DNA of 64,000 nt from Nemertoderma westbladi (GCA_032718475.1 JAUCBJ010007289.1:248001-312000), one strand, 5' to 3'. Numbered from the stretch's first letter, positions 22,772 to 36,330 are shown. Notes: generated by a model from the sequence alone, not told the origin. Made by a program: numbers and translations.

Positions 22772-25140
22772 ATGAATCCGAACTTATATTTAGCTTATAT
22801 TACTGAACTAGCTGGACGTCAGGTCCAACGTCTTAATAACCTACAATCGCAGTTAATAGATTTGGCCATTCTGACCCAGATAATAAAGCTGCAAATTATG
22901 AGCGTGAATTGGATAAAGTTTTATTTAAAGCTAACCGTGTCCTGTCACGATTAGATCGTCAGCCAGACAATCGTCTGGGGGATGCTGCATCTTCTACCAC
23001 AAGTGAATCCAATAATGTTAGTGATCCAACTCGTGGACTGCCAAAAATTTCAGTCCCTCATTTCAGTGGGGAATATCTGAATTGGCGATTTTTCTGGGAC
23101 CAATTCCAGGCATTGATCCATAACCGTGTAGGGCTTAGTGATATACAAAAATTTGTATATTTGAGAGATGCTCTACGTGGTGAAGCCTTAGATGCCCTAA
23201 CAGGTCTTTCTGCCACTTCTTCGAATTATCAGTCTGCCATAAAGATACTTCAAAGACGGTATGGCAACCCTAACTTACTTATAGGCATATATGCTAATCA
23301 GCTTTGTCAACTCCCTCCAATTAAGGAGGGAAATATTCCATTGTTTCGCAAAACAATAAATATATTTGAGGGGTCATTACGAGAAATTCGTCAGCTGGCT
23401 GCTGAATTTGACCCAAATCTGGCTATTAAGGACAGTGAAACTGATCCAGCCAATACTTCAGCTACTGCACAATCTCTGGATTTAACGTCATTACTGTTGG
23501 CACCTTTGTTATTGCAAAATTTACCAGAGCAAGTAGTTCTTGTGTGGAATAGAAACCACTCAACAGATCGCTTTAATCTCAATCATTAACTGGAATTTGA
23601 TATGCAGGAATTGGATTCTAGAGAGTCATTGGCATTTTCTGCTTCTTTAACTAAATCAGAACCTACAAAACCTAGTTTTAAAGGTGTTCATAATTATCCA
23701 TATAAGCCAAAGACCAAACCCCTAGCTACATCTGCACTTCCAGTAGTTGAAAATCGGACAAATATTGTTTGTCCATTTTGTACTCAAATGCATACACTTC
23801 GAAATTGCCCTTCATTTCAAAGCAAGTCAATTGAGCAACGTATTGCCTTTCGCTGCAATTCCAATATGTGTTCAAACTGTTTAGGTCCTCATAATCTTAA
23901 GGACTGTCATTCAAAAGGTTGCTGCTCAGCATGTGGTAGACGACATAACACATTGCTTTGCTTCAAGAAATATGGAACTCCTTCCAAGGTTGCAACTGAA
24001 CATCCTGTAGATCAGTTAACCAGTACCGATAAACATTGGAATGGTTCCATTTCCAAACAAAACCACCCTGCAGCAGCATCTCGGCCATCATCTGGGCAAA
24101 CTTTTAAACCAAGTCTTTCCGCAACTCCTTGGGTTCCTGGAAGTGTAACTACTCCAAATGATACTTCTATGCCAATTGCTCCAATTAAACCTACTGCAGT
24201 AGAACAAAATGACTCTGTCTTTGTTAAGTTGGCCTTATCTGTCATTTCTTCACCAATGAGCCCTTCCACATGTGGTTATCAGATTTATGTCTATATGGAT
24301 GATGGCTCCAAAAGAACGTATATTAAAAGTCAACTTGCCAATGACCTTAACCTGCCAATATATAATACATGTCAAATGTCTACTGGGTCATTTGCTAATA
24401 CTGTGACTACACAAGAATCAAATCGTGACCAAAGAGCCAGAACAACACTCACCAAAAAATGTGGTTTCGAGAAAAATGCAAAAAACTTTCTCATTTCCCT
24501 CTTTATGGATCCCTTCTCCTAATTTTTTCGACAGAGGTCTGGGAAGATACAATGATACATTTTATAATAGTGGCTAGCATTCAAAATGAATTTTGTTAAT
24601 GAAAAAAACTTTTTTTTTCGTTATTTTCCAAAGAGACAAAACAACACATACTGAAATTTAACATTAACTCTAGTCTGTGTGTGTTGTTTTACCTCTAACG
24701 GTTTTCAACTTTTATGTTGTGAGGGTTGTTCTGGTTTTCCATATCTCCTAAACGGACTGACATACAAGTCTAGGATTTTAACATAAGATGTAGAACGCCA
24801 TCTTGAGTAATTTTGGTAAAAAAAATTTTTTTGAAAAATTGTGGTATGTGTTGTTCTGGCTCTATGGTCACGAAATTATGTTTCATTTAATTTATTCAGC
24901 CAGTTTTATGAAGAACCCATTGAGTTTTTTGCTTGGACAGCAAATGACTTATGTCCAGTAATACTCCAGGAGCGTATTGACCCTCTCCCTTCATTTCTTT
25001 CCCACCTTTCAAATTGGGCAGATATTTATGATGGAGGTGAGAGAACCATATTTATAATTATCGGAGCAGACCAGCTATGGAAGGTTACTGGCGATACCAA
25101 TTATACGCATAATCCTTCACTTATTGATACCTACTTTGGG
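22772..25140 (+). pseudogene. gag: C gag and protease (DUF1759-like core, Cys/His knuckles, DDGS protease)
   Basis: LPKISVPHFSGEYLNWRFFWDQF; CPFCTQMH..C, CSNCLGPH..C, CSACGRRHNTLL; YMDDGSKRTY; IIIGADQLW. Carries a frameshift, a stop and a MITE insertion. Confidence 0.9.
24424..24872. mobile_element. 449-bp non-autonomous TIR element (Sola1-like MITE)
   Basis: TIRs CGTGACCAAAGAGCCAGAACAACAC / GTGTTGTTCTGGCTCTATGGTCACG. 4-bp TSD AAAT at 24420-24423 and 24873-24876 fits the AWWT target of Sola1. Removing it restores the frame QESNYVSFNL. Confidence 0.88.
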
Positions 25141-26225
25141 CGCTGAGGATCTTGCACTGCCCGGGGGCAGAGAGGGGTAGGCAGCGACGCCCGCTAGCCT
25201 AAATATAAACTCATTATAATATTGATAAACTCATGTAGCAGATATGACTGAGTTGATAGAAGATGATCTTGGTATCAGGGAGCGATATACTCTACCTTTA
25301 CAAGCGTTTGTCGATAGATTGATACGCGGCGACGCTGGTCCAACTACTACGGAGGACGATGGTCGTTATATCGAACCGCCAATGTCCCAGGAGCAACTTA
25401 CGCGTGAATTGGACTATAGAAAATTCACCGCTCGCTATACGCATCGTAATGGTACGTATATGGACTTCTTAACTACTGGCCATCCTATCGATTTACACGA
25501 TACGGACGATGTAGACACCGAAAGGGAAATGGTTTTATTTAAATATCATACCCAGCGGAGTCTGAACGATAAACCGAGAATAGAACACGAGAATTCTATT
25601 CGAAACAGACTCGAAAGGGAAGACGTTGAAGAGCCGGATAAACGCAGCGACTTCAACGATTATCTGGAATTCCTGAGAGAAACATATCTCAATATTGCCA
25701 GTCAACAGAATCTAGAAACTCGATATCCTCAAGGTATACATCATGACCCTATGATAGAACTCAAACGACTCTATTTCACTATGATGTATCTTACCGCCGA
25801 TCGACCGCTACCTGTCGTCCCAGATAGCTTCGAACAGATGGAGGAATATTGTAAAACTGGAGAACGATCACCCGCGTTTCCCCTGCAGGACGTGCGTCTT
25901 TGGTATTACTGCGACGAATGCCCTAGACCCAATCAGCAAACGGAAAGACATAAACACCCGTGGAGACGTTGCGCTAAACACAGTTTTACACGATATACTT
26001 ATGGGAGTTTCGAGCGAAACCTGTTCGACGTATCACCTACGCTCGCTCGACTCAAACGATCCTTGAATAAACCAATGATCAGAGTTCCGGAATACTCAGT
26101 CAGACCTCCTCATTCCTCAGTGAGACCTCAAACGCTTGATCCTAATAGTATAACGGATCCCCCTGAACTGTACTCCCTATTTAAAGATCTTGTGTTACCC
26201 GAACAGTTGATCGGTGGCACTCCGG
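25139..26225 (+). mobile_element. Internal fragment of element D (second copy of 10993-12081), including the intact 5' part of ORF1 from 25244
   Basis: High-identity match from GGCGCTGAGGATC to GGCACTCCGG. ORF 25244-26260 runs into the B2 LTR. Confidence 0.93.
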
Positions 26226-26226
26226 C

Positions 26227-28207
26227 TGTAAAACAGGGGCGATCAGGAGCGCGTTATTAGTGCCGCACTGCTGCTAAACACAAAACTGCTACTCTCCGCT
26301 GGATGGCGCTAACCTGGCCGTCCGCTAATATTTTTACTAAATTTCTACGGCTCCTGCAAATCGCTTGTTCCTTTCTCTGTTGATTGCTCAACAGAGAGCT
26401 AACTGTTCGAATCTATGAGCCACGCGGGAATAACCAAAACAATAAACCCGAATCGGCTCCCTAAGCTACTTAAAACGAGTGCGGGTGACGTAGCACTCGG
26501 AGTTCACTTATCGCAAAATACTGGAATTCACTGGCAGAACACGTTGAATGTGAGAATGTTTTAATATTAAGGGGGATAGATCTGTTACTTTCCTAGGTGC
26601 TGAAGCTTGGCCTTTGGCTGGTTTTAGACCAGCAAACTTACTACTGCTGTACTGTATACTGGACACTGCTGTCAGTCCGTTGCCCCGCTATTTTCAAATA
26701 ACCGCCTAGCGTGAATAGTCTACAGTATTCTAAAACAATTACTTAAACTACTCTCCGCTATGCTGCGTACAAATTCTTATTTTATTTTATCACTAAATTA
26801 ATTACAGTCATAAATACAAAATCGCGTACTAATTACTAGATATTCCAGAATACGTACTTCTAATTTATTACGTGCTGGGGCTTATACTAGCAACAGTCTA
26901 AATGCGGTATTAATTTGACCTAATTAGCAATTAATAAGCATAAACTAAGAAATGGAAATCAATCAAGGGAAACAGCGCCTATCTAAGCATTCACATTTAA
27001 GAATCAGGCACTCTTTAGCAACACAACACAAATAGCGTAGCACTAAGTTAGTAGTACGGCAGATAGCGCTAACTACACCAATCAGCTAGTGCACTAAATA
27101 CCCGTACATTAGTACATCAGTATACCAGTATTAGTCATCCAATCAATCAATCAGTCAGTCAGTGTAAGAACCACAGGTCACCCAAAGCCACACATGGGAC
27201 TCCTAACTAAACCCAAATTCTGCCCCCCTAAAACTACAAAGTAGAGACGGAAATCTGGATCGTCAGCCCCCTAATACTGTAACAGCGGCTGGTCCCCGGT
27301 CCTCAACTGACTAGCTCCGAACGCAACGGGGGCCTCCCGCCAGCGTCGCCCAGCTTTGGATCCTCTGCACTCCCTTCCGTCGCTTCCCCCCAGTGCGCCC
27401 GCCTACCAGTAACTTAGCCCTCCATTAGAATGAATAGCTACCGTAGCGGCGCATGCAATCACAAACAGTCTGACAGGCTAAAGAAATCCCGTGGGATTAT
27501 CACATCTTAAATCACATAGGAATTAATAATCAAAAGTAGAAATCATAATTCAAGGTTGTAATTTGCAGTAATCGATTGAGAAAAACAGAAAGATAGACGA
27601 AAGATTAACAATTAACAGAAACCAGAAACAAACTACAATACTGCCACTGGTACTGCTGTAACAACTGAGAACTAGATGCACATACCGGAAATACAGCCAA
27701 TTTATAGGTGATGCAACAGGGATGACGCAATATTCCTCTCATTGGTTCCCCAATCCGCCCCACCATCAGACCAACCTGGAACAGCTGGGCCAATAAGGAA
27801 GCCGGATTGTGAACCTCAGGGCTTCCAAATCGCAAATTATTACCATATATGGTAATGGATCACGTCCCTGGCTGCTGAATGGTTAGGATTGCGTCCCTGG
27901 ATGCTGGCCCTATCGAGGCTAATAACAGCAAGCCCATATCCAGGGTCCAACAAGAACTTGCTACCCTGGACCTATCTACTTATATCCTATTACAAAACTA
28001 CATAGGTAGGGCTACATACTATACAAAATGGATGAATTCAAAATATATGGACGTTTCAATTTCCTTATCTAAATGTCATTGCGCATTATTGTCTTATCTA
28101 AATAATTATACTGTATAACGGCTAATATATTATACTGTATAACACGGACTAATATATTATACTGTATAACATGGACTAATATAGGTACAGCGCCATATAC
28201 CGTAACA
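26227..28207 (-). repeat. B2 3' LTR (1981 bp)
   Basis: TG...CA, direct repeat of 42607-44558. Contains ~27-bp tandem units at about 28102-28183. Confidence 0.96.
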
Positions 28208-29395
28208 CCGCTCCAAGGGAAATCATACAATGTTTCCCTCCAACTGTAGAAGAGTATAAGGCGATGTATACAAAACAAAATAATTCGCTTTCAAATAATC
28301 TAAATAACTTGATACTATAATAATTCTACTATTTACAAATATTGCCATAGATATTGCATAATGAATTACATACAAATTAAAATTACAAAAATTTTATCTC
28401 TCTCAATGTTAACGATTATTACATACAAATTAAATTTACAAAAATACTGTTTTCTCGTTCGTACTACATAATGATTACTACATACAAATTAAATATACAA
28501 AATATTACTTCCTTTATTTATTTACAAATTGACGGTCTACCTATTGAAATGGAACATGGCTAGGACAATGTCCCCCATTTCCCATCTCAAATTAACGATC
28601 AACATTAACAAGATAAACTAAATATAAACGTATTTGAGGCTAAATTTTAACTAAATTGCATTAAAGGCCGATATTCAAATTAAATATAAAATACGTAATA
28701 ATTTCTTTCATTTTCGGACTTTACTTAATTTCTTATAAAAAACGCAAATCATCTTGGTTTGATGATTGCTCAGGTAAGTGAAAGGAGTAAGCCAAACCCG
28801 CGGGTTTGTCTCCCCAATCACTTCCTTTGCTTCTTTCAATAAACCTTAGAGCAAATAAAGTCATATACACAAAATCAAATATAGTATAGGCTCAAAATCG
28901 TATTTCCAACAGACTATAAAATAAAAGTATTTCCTTTCAATATTTTTCGGCCTTCGAAAATAAAATTCTAAAATATGGATACGACTAGTGTATATGAGTC
29001 CAGTCGAATGATTGACCAAAACCTACGATATACATCAGAGCGACGATGATGTATATGTCTAGAGTTTGTCGCTCCGTGATATTATAGTCTCATCGGCTAG
29101 CTGCTGAGTCTCTCGGGCTCGCTCCCTTCCCCAGATACACCAGTCTACCCCCTGTAGACTGTTGACGGCGTCCTTGAGGCGTCACTTCCCGGAACCGGCG
29201 ACGACGCTCCCTGGGCACCGACTATCTCCCGACTGGTGCTCCTCCCTCGGCCTCGTCCCATTTGCCGTGTCCCTGAGGGCGCCGCGAGCTGTGAGCTCCG
29301 GCTGTTGTCGCTGTGGGCGCGGTGGTCCTGATCCTCCACTCGTTCAGAGGTCAATGACCCCAAACGAGTCTCCTTAGGCCGCCAATTGTATAATT

Positions 29396-30310
29396 CTAGA
29401 CATATATATCAGAGCGACGATGATATATAAAGGATTGGACATATTCGGGCTTAATAGTGCGTGCGTCGAAACTTCCCGAAATAATTTGGAGTAAATATCG
29501 TATAAATCGCGGATCGTGGGTATGGTTAGTAGACGGATGGATGGCGCGAATCTCGTCTGGATACTCAGGCGTGACCTTCCTTTCCTGGTGAAGCGAAGTG
29601 AATGTGGTCCAGGAGCTCGAGTTCCGTGCCGCTTCGCGCCGCACCTCTAGGTCTTTATAGGCTCGGTATAGCGAAATGGCTGCCGCCATGTCTATCAAAG
29701 TGGGTGTCGAACAGGTTTAATCTCCGTATACGGATCTAAAGTCGTAACGGTCGGCGTAATGGGTCTCGGAGGTCGCTTTCCGCTAAAGTCGATACTGATC
29801 ATCGGGTTGCTCATTGGGTAACCTCCCTCGTTGTATCTAAGAAACTGGTGAGCTTGACATCGCGTTAATATCGGTTCAGGATGTTGCTCGTTCAGTCGAT
29901 CGGGAATCGCCACGTCTTGTTTATTCATGCATTCACCGCATTTATAGAACAACTTGTATAACTGTTCTGAAGACCTTTGGCGTCTCTTAATCCTCGCCTC
30001 GAGTCCTCCGGTGCAGATGCATTCCATCGAATTGATCTCGGACGGCAGGTAGCGGTTCATCGTGCCGCAAATACATATATCCCAATAGTCCGTTACGCAA
30101 ACCAATTACACTGGATAAATCAGTTAGATGATGCGGAGGGACAAACTTCCCGAGCTACCCGGCCGCCTTCCAGCAGTTCAGGTTCGGCTCTCTAGATCCC
30201 GTCTCATTCCTAACTACCTTCTAACCTATTCCCATGCATATCGCAAAAACTTCGGAGATAAACTGGCCGTGACCAACTCACTTTTTGATGCCCAAGCTAC
30301 TCCCATTACT
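29396..30310 (-). pseudogene. B2 accessory ORF, frameshifted homologue of D ORF1
   Basis: Successive frames give GYMYLRHDEPLPAVRDQFDGM (D: TMMYLTADRPLPVVPDSFEQM), FYKCGEC...RCQAHQFLRY (D: YYCDEC...RCAKHSFTRY), NPMI..RPP..TLDP (D: KPMI..RPP..TLDP) and SLYRAYKDL (D: ELYSLFKDL). Confidence 0.8.
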
Positions 30311-30810
30311 TGTACTAGACTACAGTAGTTAGAAAGGACAATAGTCTCGGCGCTCGACTATACCAAACCCGCAGGTTTGATAATCGAACACCTCACTCTA
30401 CTGCAAACTACTGAGTGGGGTCTGTGTACGCCTCAGGTGCTACTAACCTTTAGCACCTTGGTTGTTGTACTGTTGGCACCAATCTGTGGAAGTTACTGAA
30501 CTCAATTTACACTCCTACATAATATAGCCGTCACCATGGTTTCCAAATGCTATTTTCCAGGCTTCACGACTTTTCAAATTACTGTATATCTATAGACGAA
30601 TTCTAAAACGCGTCTATACACAGCGTCTGGAATTGTCTTGGGTTCACTTCTAATTTTTTAAAATTTTTTAATTTTCCAAAAATTTTGAAATAAAATTTTG
30701 TTTTGATACCCACCAGACAAATTCTCAACGCAAATCACCACAAACCCGCTCCTATGCATTTCCTAGTATTTGCATACGAGAAATGCATACGGAGTGAGTT
30801 GCGTCCAACA

Positions 30811-33800
30811 CTAATTCTGTTTTGAGGCAGGAGACAAATTATAATCTCCCGTCTCGGTGCGTGTTTCCTCTAATAACACGATATCTTGGACCGGTCGGTC
30901 CAAGGTGTGTAAACCATTAGTTTTACACTTCTTTGGGTGTGGACACTTGCACCTAATTTTCACAGTGACTGTGCGCACTATGTTTTGCACGTCTGGGTGT
31001 GTGTGCAAGATGACACCGGTTTCCCAATATTTTCTCTTGACAACGGGTTCAGTTATCAATACGTAGTCTCCTCTTTGGAGGCTCTGAACCGTTTTGTACC
31101 ACTTTGTTCTGGTGGATATGGTGGGAAGATAGTATTCCCGCCAATATTCCCAGAATGTGTACGCGACTAATTGGGTTATTTTCCAGCTCGTACGACTATA
31201 TAGGTCGGCACTAATGGGTTCTGATGCCGGCACAAGAAACGCTGGACTCTGCATTAGCAAGTGATTCGGCGTTAATGCAACACCGTCTGGTAACATAGCT
31301 ATCGGCCTCGAGTTCAGTGTATGCTCGATTTCGATGAAAGCTGTGACCAGTTCGTCATCGGTAAGTTGTTTGTTTACAGGCAATGTTTTGGCAATAGCCT
31401 GCTTTACAGAGCGAACTAAACGCTCCCAACTTCCTCCTCTCCAAGGACTTTCTGGAGTATTAAATCTCCACTCTACTCTTTGCGGCAAAAGTGCTGCAGA
31501 AATTTCTTTATTCTGCGCCGCCCTATGAGCCGCGTTTAACTCGCTGTTCCCCCCGACAAAGTTTGTACCCTTGTCAGAGTAGAACACCTTTACTAGTCCT
31601 CTCCTGGCCATAAATCTCTTTAAGGCCAGGAGCAGAGATTTGGTCGACATGTCTGCCACACGCTCAATGTGTATGGCTCTACTAGCCATACATGTCAGTA
31701 GCAGGCCCCATCGCTTGTGGGTCAGCCGTCCACTCTTTGCTTCAATCGGACCAAAACAGTCCACCCCTGTGTTCGTAAAGGGTGGGTCATATGCCTGCAC
31801 TCTCGCTTCCGGGAGTTCAGCCATCTCCTGTTCCAATACTCTGGCGTTCACTCTCTTGCAAACCAGACAGGCGTCGTACATAGTGCCGACTGCCCTGCTT
31901 GGCTGCAATAGAATGAATCGCTGTCTCGCTGCCGACAAACAGTGTAACTTTCCCGCATGATGCAACCTCTTGTGTATATCCCATAGAATCGCTCTTTGCA
32001 ATTCTATTGGGTGACTAGGGATTATCACTGGGAACCGAAACTGTGAGTTTATGTCGACAGTCTGGATTCTCGATCTATGACAAATCAAACCCTTATGGAT
32101 TAATGGACTCCATTTTCTAAGGGGTTTATAGAGAACTGGTCGTTGAGCCGATAATGAATAGAATTCTTTTGGGAAGGCACACATTTGATAGTGCTTCAAA
32201 TGCTTTAATTCCGCTTGATCAATCTCATCCTCTGTCAGAGGTTGTTTCAATTTCTGAATTCGCTCACTATTAGCGCTCGTCTGTTCTCCCAAATGTTTCG
32301 AATGTTTTATACAAAGGTACGAAATGTATCGGAAACGCGAAAACTGCGAAACGCAGTTCTTTTACAAATTGTCAGCCAAGAGGCAGACGAATTTAGTAAT
32401 TTATCATAAATACTACATGGCTCTAATGCCAGCGACGGTTGTCCGCTAATTAATGGAAGTTTCGAATCCAAACCCGCAGGTTTGGAAACCAAAGGATCCA
32501 TTTTGTCGGTCATTTTCTGTCCGTCACTTACCAACTGTGACTCTGGTTTAGTCTGTAAGGGTGGTTTTACGTCATAACTTACCCTTCCTGACCTAGTAGT
32601 CACGTAAGTCTGTTGGTCTGACAGGTCTCCGGGCCGCTCCAATGACTCTACAGGCCGCTCTAATGACTTAAGTTTGGCTTTAGACTTTGACTTAGAGATT
32701 TTCTCCACTTTGACTTCTGCATCTTCAGGCATCGGATTGGTCACTATCTTTAGTCGCTCTGGCCAATGTTCCTGTGTCCTTGTTAGAAAATCAGGTCCAT
32801 GCAACCAAAACTCCTGGGACTCTTCCTGACAGAATTCCGCCGGCATTGCACCTCTCGAAGTTATGTCGGCCGGGTTTAACACTCCCGGACAATGTCTCCA
32901 TTGTTCCTTCGTCGAAAAGTCGACGATCTGAGCGCGTCTGTTGGCCACAAATGTCTTTAGTGCGATATTGTCGGCCGCAATATATACTAACACCAAGGAT
33001 GCGTCCGTCCAATAGAATAAGGTCAATGTCGTTTCTAACTCCTCAATTATCTGCTTACTTACCTCAACTGAAACTACTGCCGCCTGTAACTCTGCACAAG
33101 GGACAGTCATGTATTTGACCGGCATTGTCTTTGATCTAGAAGTCACAAAAGCCGTTTCAAACTTGTCTTGACTTACCTCTCGGCGAAGGTAGGCTACCAT
33201 ACCAAAGCCGGTGTCACTTGCGTCACTAAATAAGTGGAGTTCGAGATCAGCTGGGAATACCAGCTGATTCGGAAAGTAGGAACGGGGTACATCTATGTTT
33301 TTCAATAGATGTAACTTGGCTTCCCACTCTCTCCACTGCTTTGCATGTATAGGAGATATTGGTTCGTCCCACTCTAAGTCGGACAACCAAATTTTCCTCA
33401 TGCACGCTCGTGCCTGTAATATTACCGGACTGATAAAGTTCATCGGGTCAAATAGTCTACTCAAAGTCGATAAGCAAATTCTCTTAGTCAAAACTTTGTC
33501 TGGGCTACTGGGCTCAAATCTAACTCTTACCTGGAACTTATCTGAGTTCGGGTTCCAAGCGAGTCCCAGCACCCGCGCCATGGGGATGGTTTCTACCCCC
33601 AATTCTATGTCTCCGCTCCCGCGATCTTTTACCGGGAACGACTCTAATAGGGCCTCCGAGTTCGTAGTGAACTTGGTCAGAGGGAAACCCCCTGTAGCCA
33701 AGTACTCTTGCAGGCCATGAGCCACTTCTATGGCTTGTTCCACCGTGTCCTTGGACACCAATCCGTCGTCCATATAGAAGTTTCTCAAGATGGACTCGAT

Positions 33801-35009
33801 CACTTCTACTGGATACTTACCAATCTGGGCTGTTGCCGTTTTCTTTAGAACAAATAGCGTGCCGTTTGGACTATCGCGGGCGCCAAATATCCTAACGTAC
33901 ATTTGGTATGTAACCACTGGGCCGGATAAGTCTTCATTCTCGTACCAGAGAAATTGAAGGCTACCCTGGTCTGCCTTACAGGCTCTTACCTGGTGGAACA
34001 TCGCCTCGATGTCACAAGTAAATGCGAATCGCCGCTGTCTAAAACGCAACAGTATTCCTATCAAATAGTTGTTCAGGTTGGGACCATCCATCAACTCTGA
34101 ATTCAGGGACATACCTCTATAGACTGCTGCGCAGTCGTTGACTACTCGGACTTTGTCTGCTTTGTCAGGGTGAGTCACATAGTGGTGTGGGAGGTAATAA
34201 GTCTGGTCTGTCACTAAGTCAGGGTCCTCTACCTTCCCAGCAAATCCCTTGGCGAAATAGTTGTTGATCTGGGCGCAATACTTCTCCCTAATGTCCGGAT
34301 TCTTCAACAACCGAGCCCTTACTCCGTTCAATCTTTTCAAGGCTAAGTTGTAGTTGTTCTCCAACTTAGGAGGTTGTCGACGCCACAACATTCCAACTTC
34401 AAAATGTCCAGTCGGTAGTAGACGTATGGTATCTTCCATCATCTCCAGTGACCGTTTCTCATCAGTGGACATGGCTAGGTCATATCCACCGGGTTCCATT
34501 GCGTCCCTATCCAGCCATTCGATGGTTCTGGCTCCTGTCTCGAGGTCCTGGCGTATCAATTCCTTCTGTAACTCCTCCTCACTGTATTGGAAAATGTCTA
34601 GGTCTCGATATTTAGCCACTTGACCCTCCACTATGTCGGTATAAGTCAAAACGTTACTCAGATAAGTAGCGTGGGCCGCTGAACCAGACCCACGGGTCTG
34701 ATAACAGTAGTCCTCGGGTTCACTATCTGTCCGGTCGTTGTGAAGTGGTTCCGACAACCTAACATTATCGGGAATCAACTCCTCGTCCGACTCGTAAAGT
34801 CACTATAGTGGTCAATACAGGTTCTCCTAAACTCGTCTATGTCTGGTGGTCCTACTAACGGTGGTTGAGTTATAGGCTGTAATTCGTCGTATCTGGCTAT
34901 TGGCTTGTCACCACCTGTAAACTCATAAGACATGGGTACTCGTGTATACCAACCTAATATAGTCCTATGGGCATGTGGTCCATTGACATGCGGCTCAGCT
35001 GGTCTCGTT
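30811..35009 (-). pseudogene. pol: B2 pol (RT, RNase H, integrase), broken near 32300 and 34790
   Basis: ORF 32307-34778 (YYLPHHYV, FYMDD, LFSDASD, NPADITSRG) and ORF 30811-32292 (HKRLHH..CLVC, GVDCFGP, SDKGTNF, WERLVR). Confidence 0.95.
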
Positions 35010-36330
35010 AGATTTATTTATACATTATGTAAAAACAATAACAAATACACCAAACAATGTACCGGTATTGTCCAACATAACATATAGGATTACCCCTAAA
35101 GCTTTGCAGCTTATTTCCAAGGGGGTCCTTTATGTTACTTGGTTACAAATACAATATTACACTACGCTAACCTAAAACCAATATAAAACGTAATTACACT
35201 ATGTACATGTACAACTTTACCGAGAGCGTGACAATGTCCGACTCAACGATAAAGATGTAATGTACAGAACAATTTATTATAAAACGTAATTACAGTATAA
35301 ATAGTAAATAATTAATAAACTAATAACTTACTGTAGGACTATTGTACCTATTTTTACATTGCACACGGAGATGAGATTTAACTGCAGATTTAAAAGAATG
35401 TTGATTATTTAGGTTTTTAATTTCATTAGGAAGAGCGTTCCAATTTTTTATGCCGTTAAAAAAGAAAGTATCAGATTCAAAGGATTTACAATTCGGGAGG
35501 TAGAAGTTTAAAGCACTAGCTCTGGTACTGTAAGAGTGTGTATCGCGTACTCTGTTGAATTTTTGTTTTAGGTAATTGGGACATTTACCATTATACACTT
35601 TATGCACATGGTTAAGGCGTAGCTGCTTAACTCTACTATCTAAGTTAAGTAGTCCAGATTCAGAAAAGTCATCTGGAGTTAGGTGGTGCCTAGGTTTGTA
35701 GTCTTTAATAAATCGTACTACTTTATTCTGAGCTACTTGTAATTTACATTTAAGCTGTTTGGTTAAGCCTTCATACCAAAAAGAGCATGCATAGTCCATG
35801 TGACACTGTATTAAAGAAGAGCAAAGTAACTTGCGGGAGTCGGTGTTCAAACTATTTTTATTTCTGTATAGAAACCTAAGCCTACTGTTAACTTTCGAGA
35901 AAATATTTTTCACTGTACTTTCTCCTGATAAGCAGTTATCCAATGTGGCGCCTAAATATTTAACTTCCTTTTTATTTTCAATCTTATGTCCATTACTAGT
36001 GACTTCAAACTTAGTTACCTTCTTTAACTTTCTTTTGGAACCAAACAAAATACTTTCAGTTTTACCGTAGTGAATGGATAGCTTATTATCAACCAACCAC
36101 TCATTACAGGATTCTAGAACTGCACTTAACTTTTGGGAAATATGGATAGGATCTTTATGAGAGAAAATAAGAGCACTATCGTCGGCATATAAAATGAGTT
36201 TAAAATCGGGATCTATACTACTTATCATATCATTTACATAGCATACAAAAAGCAGAGGACCTAATATACTACCTTGTGGTACACCACAGGTAATCTCTTG
36301 TACAGTAGACAGCGATTTGCTAATGATTTG
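35010..36330 (-). mobile_element. 5'-truncated L2/CR1-group (Crack-like) LINE, copy 2
   Basis: RT motifs GVPQGSILGPLLF, LYADD, VKYLG. 6-bp TSD CTCGTT at 35004-35009 and 36331-36336. Empty site present in B1 near 55582. Confidence 0.95.

Noticed and set aside
27202-27214. Telomerase-template-like CCTAACTAAACCC
   Set aside because: Not a correct 1.5-repeat template for TTAGGG or TTAGG, and it is embedded in a multicopy LTR.
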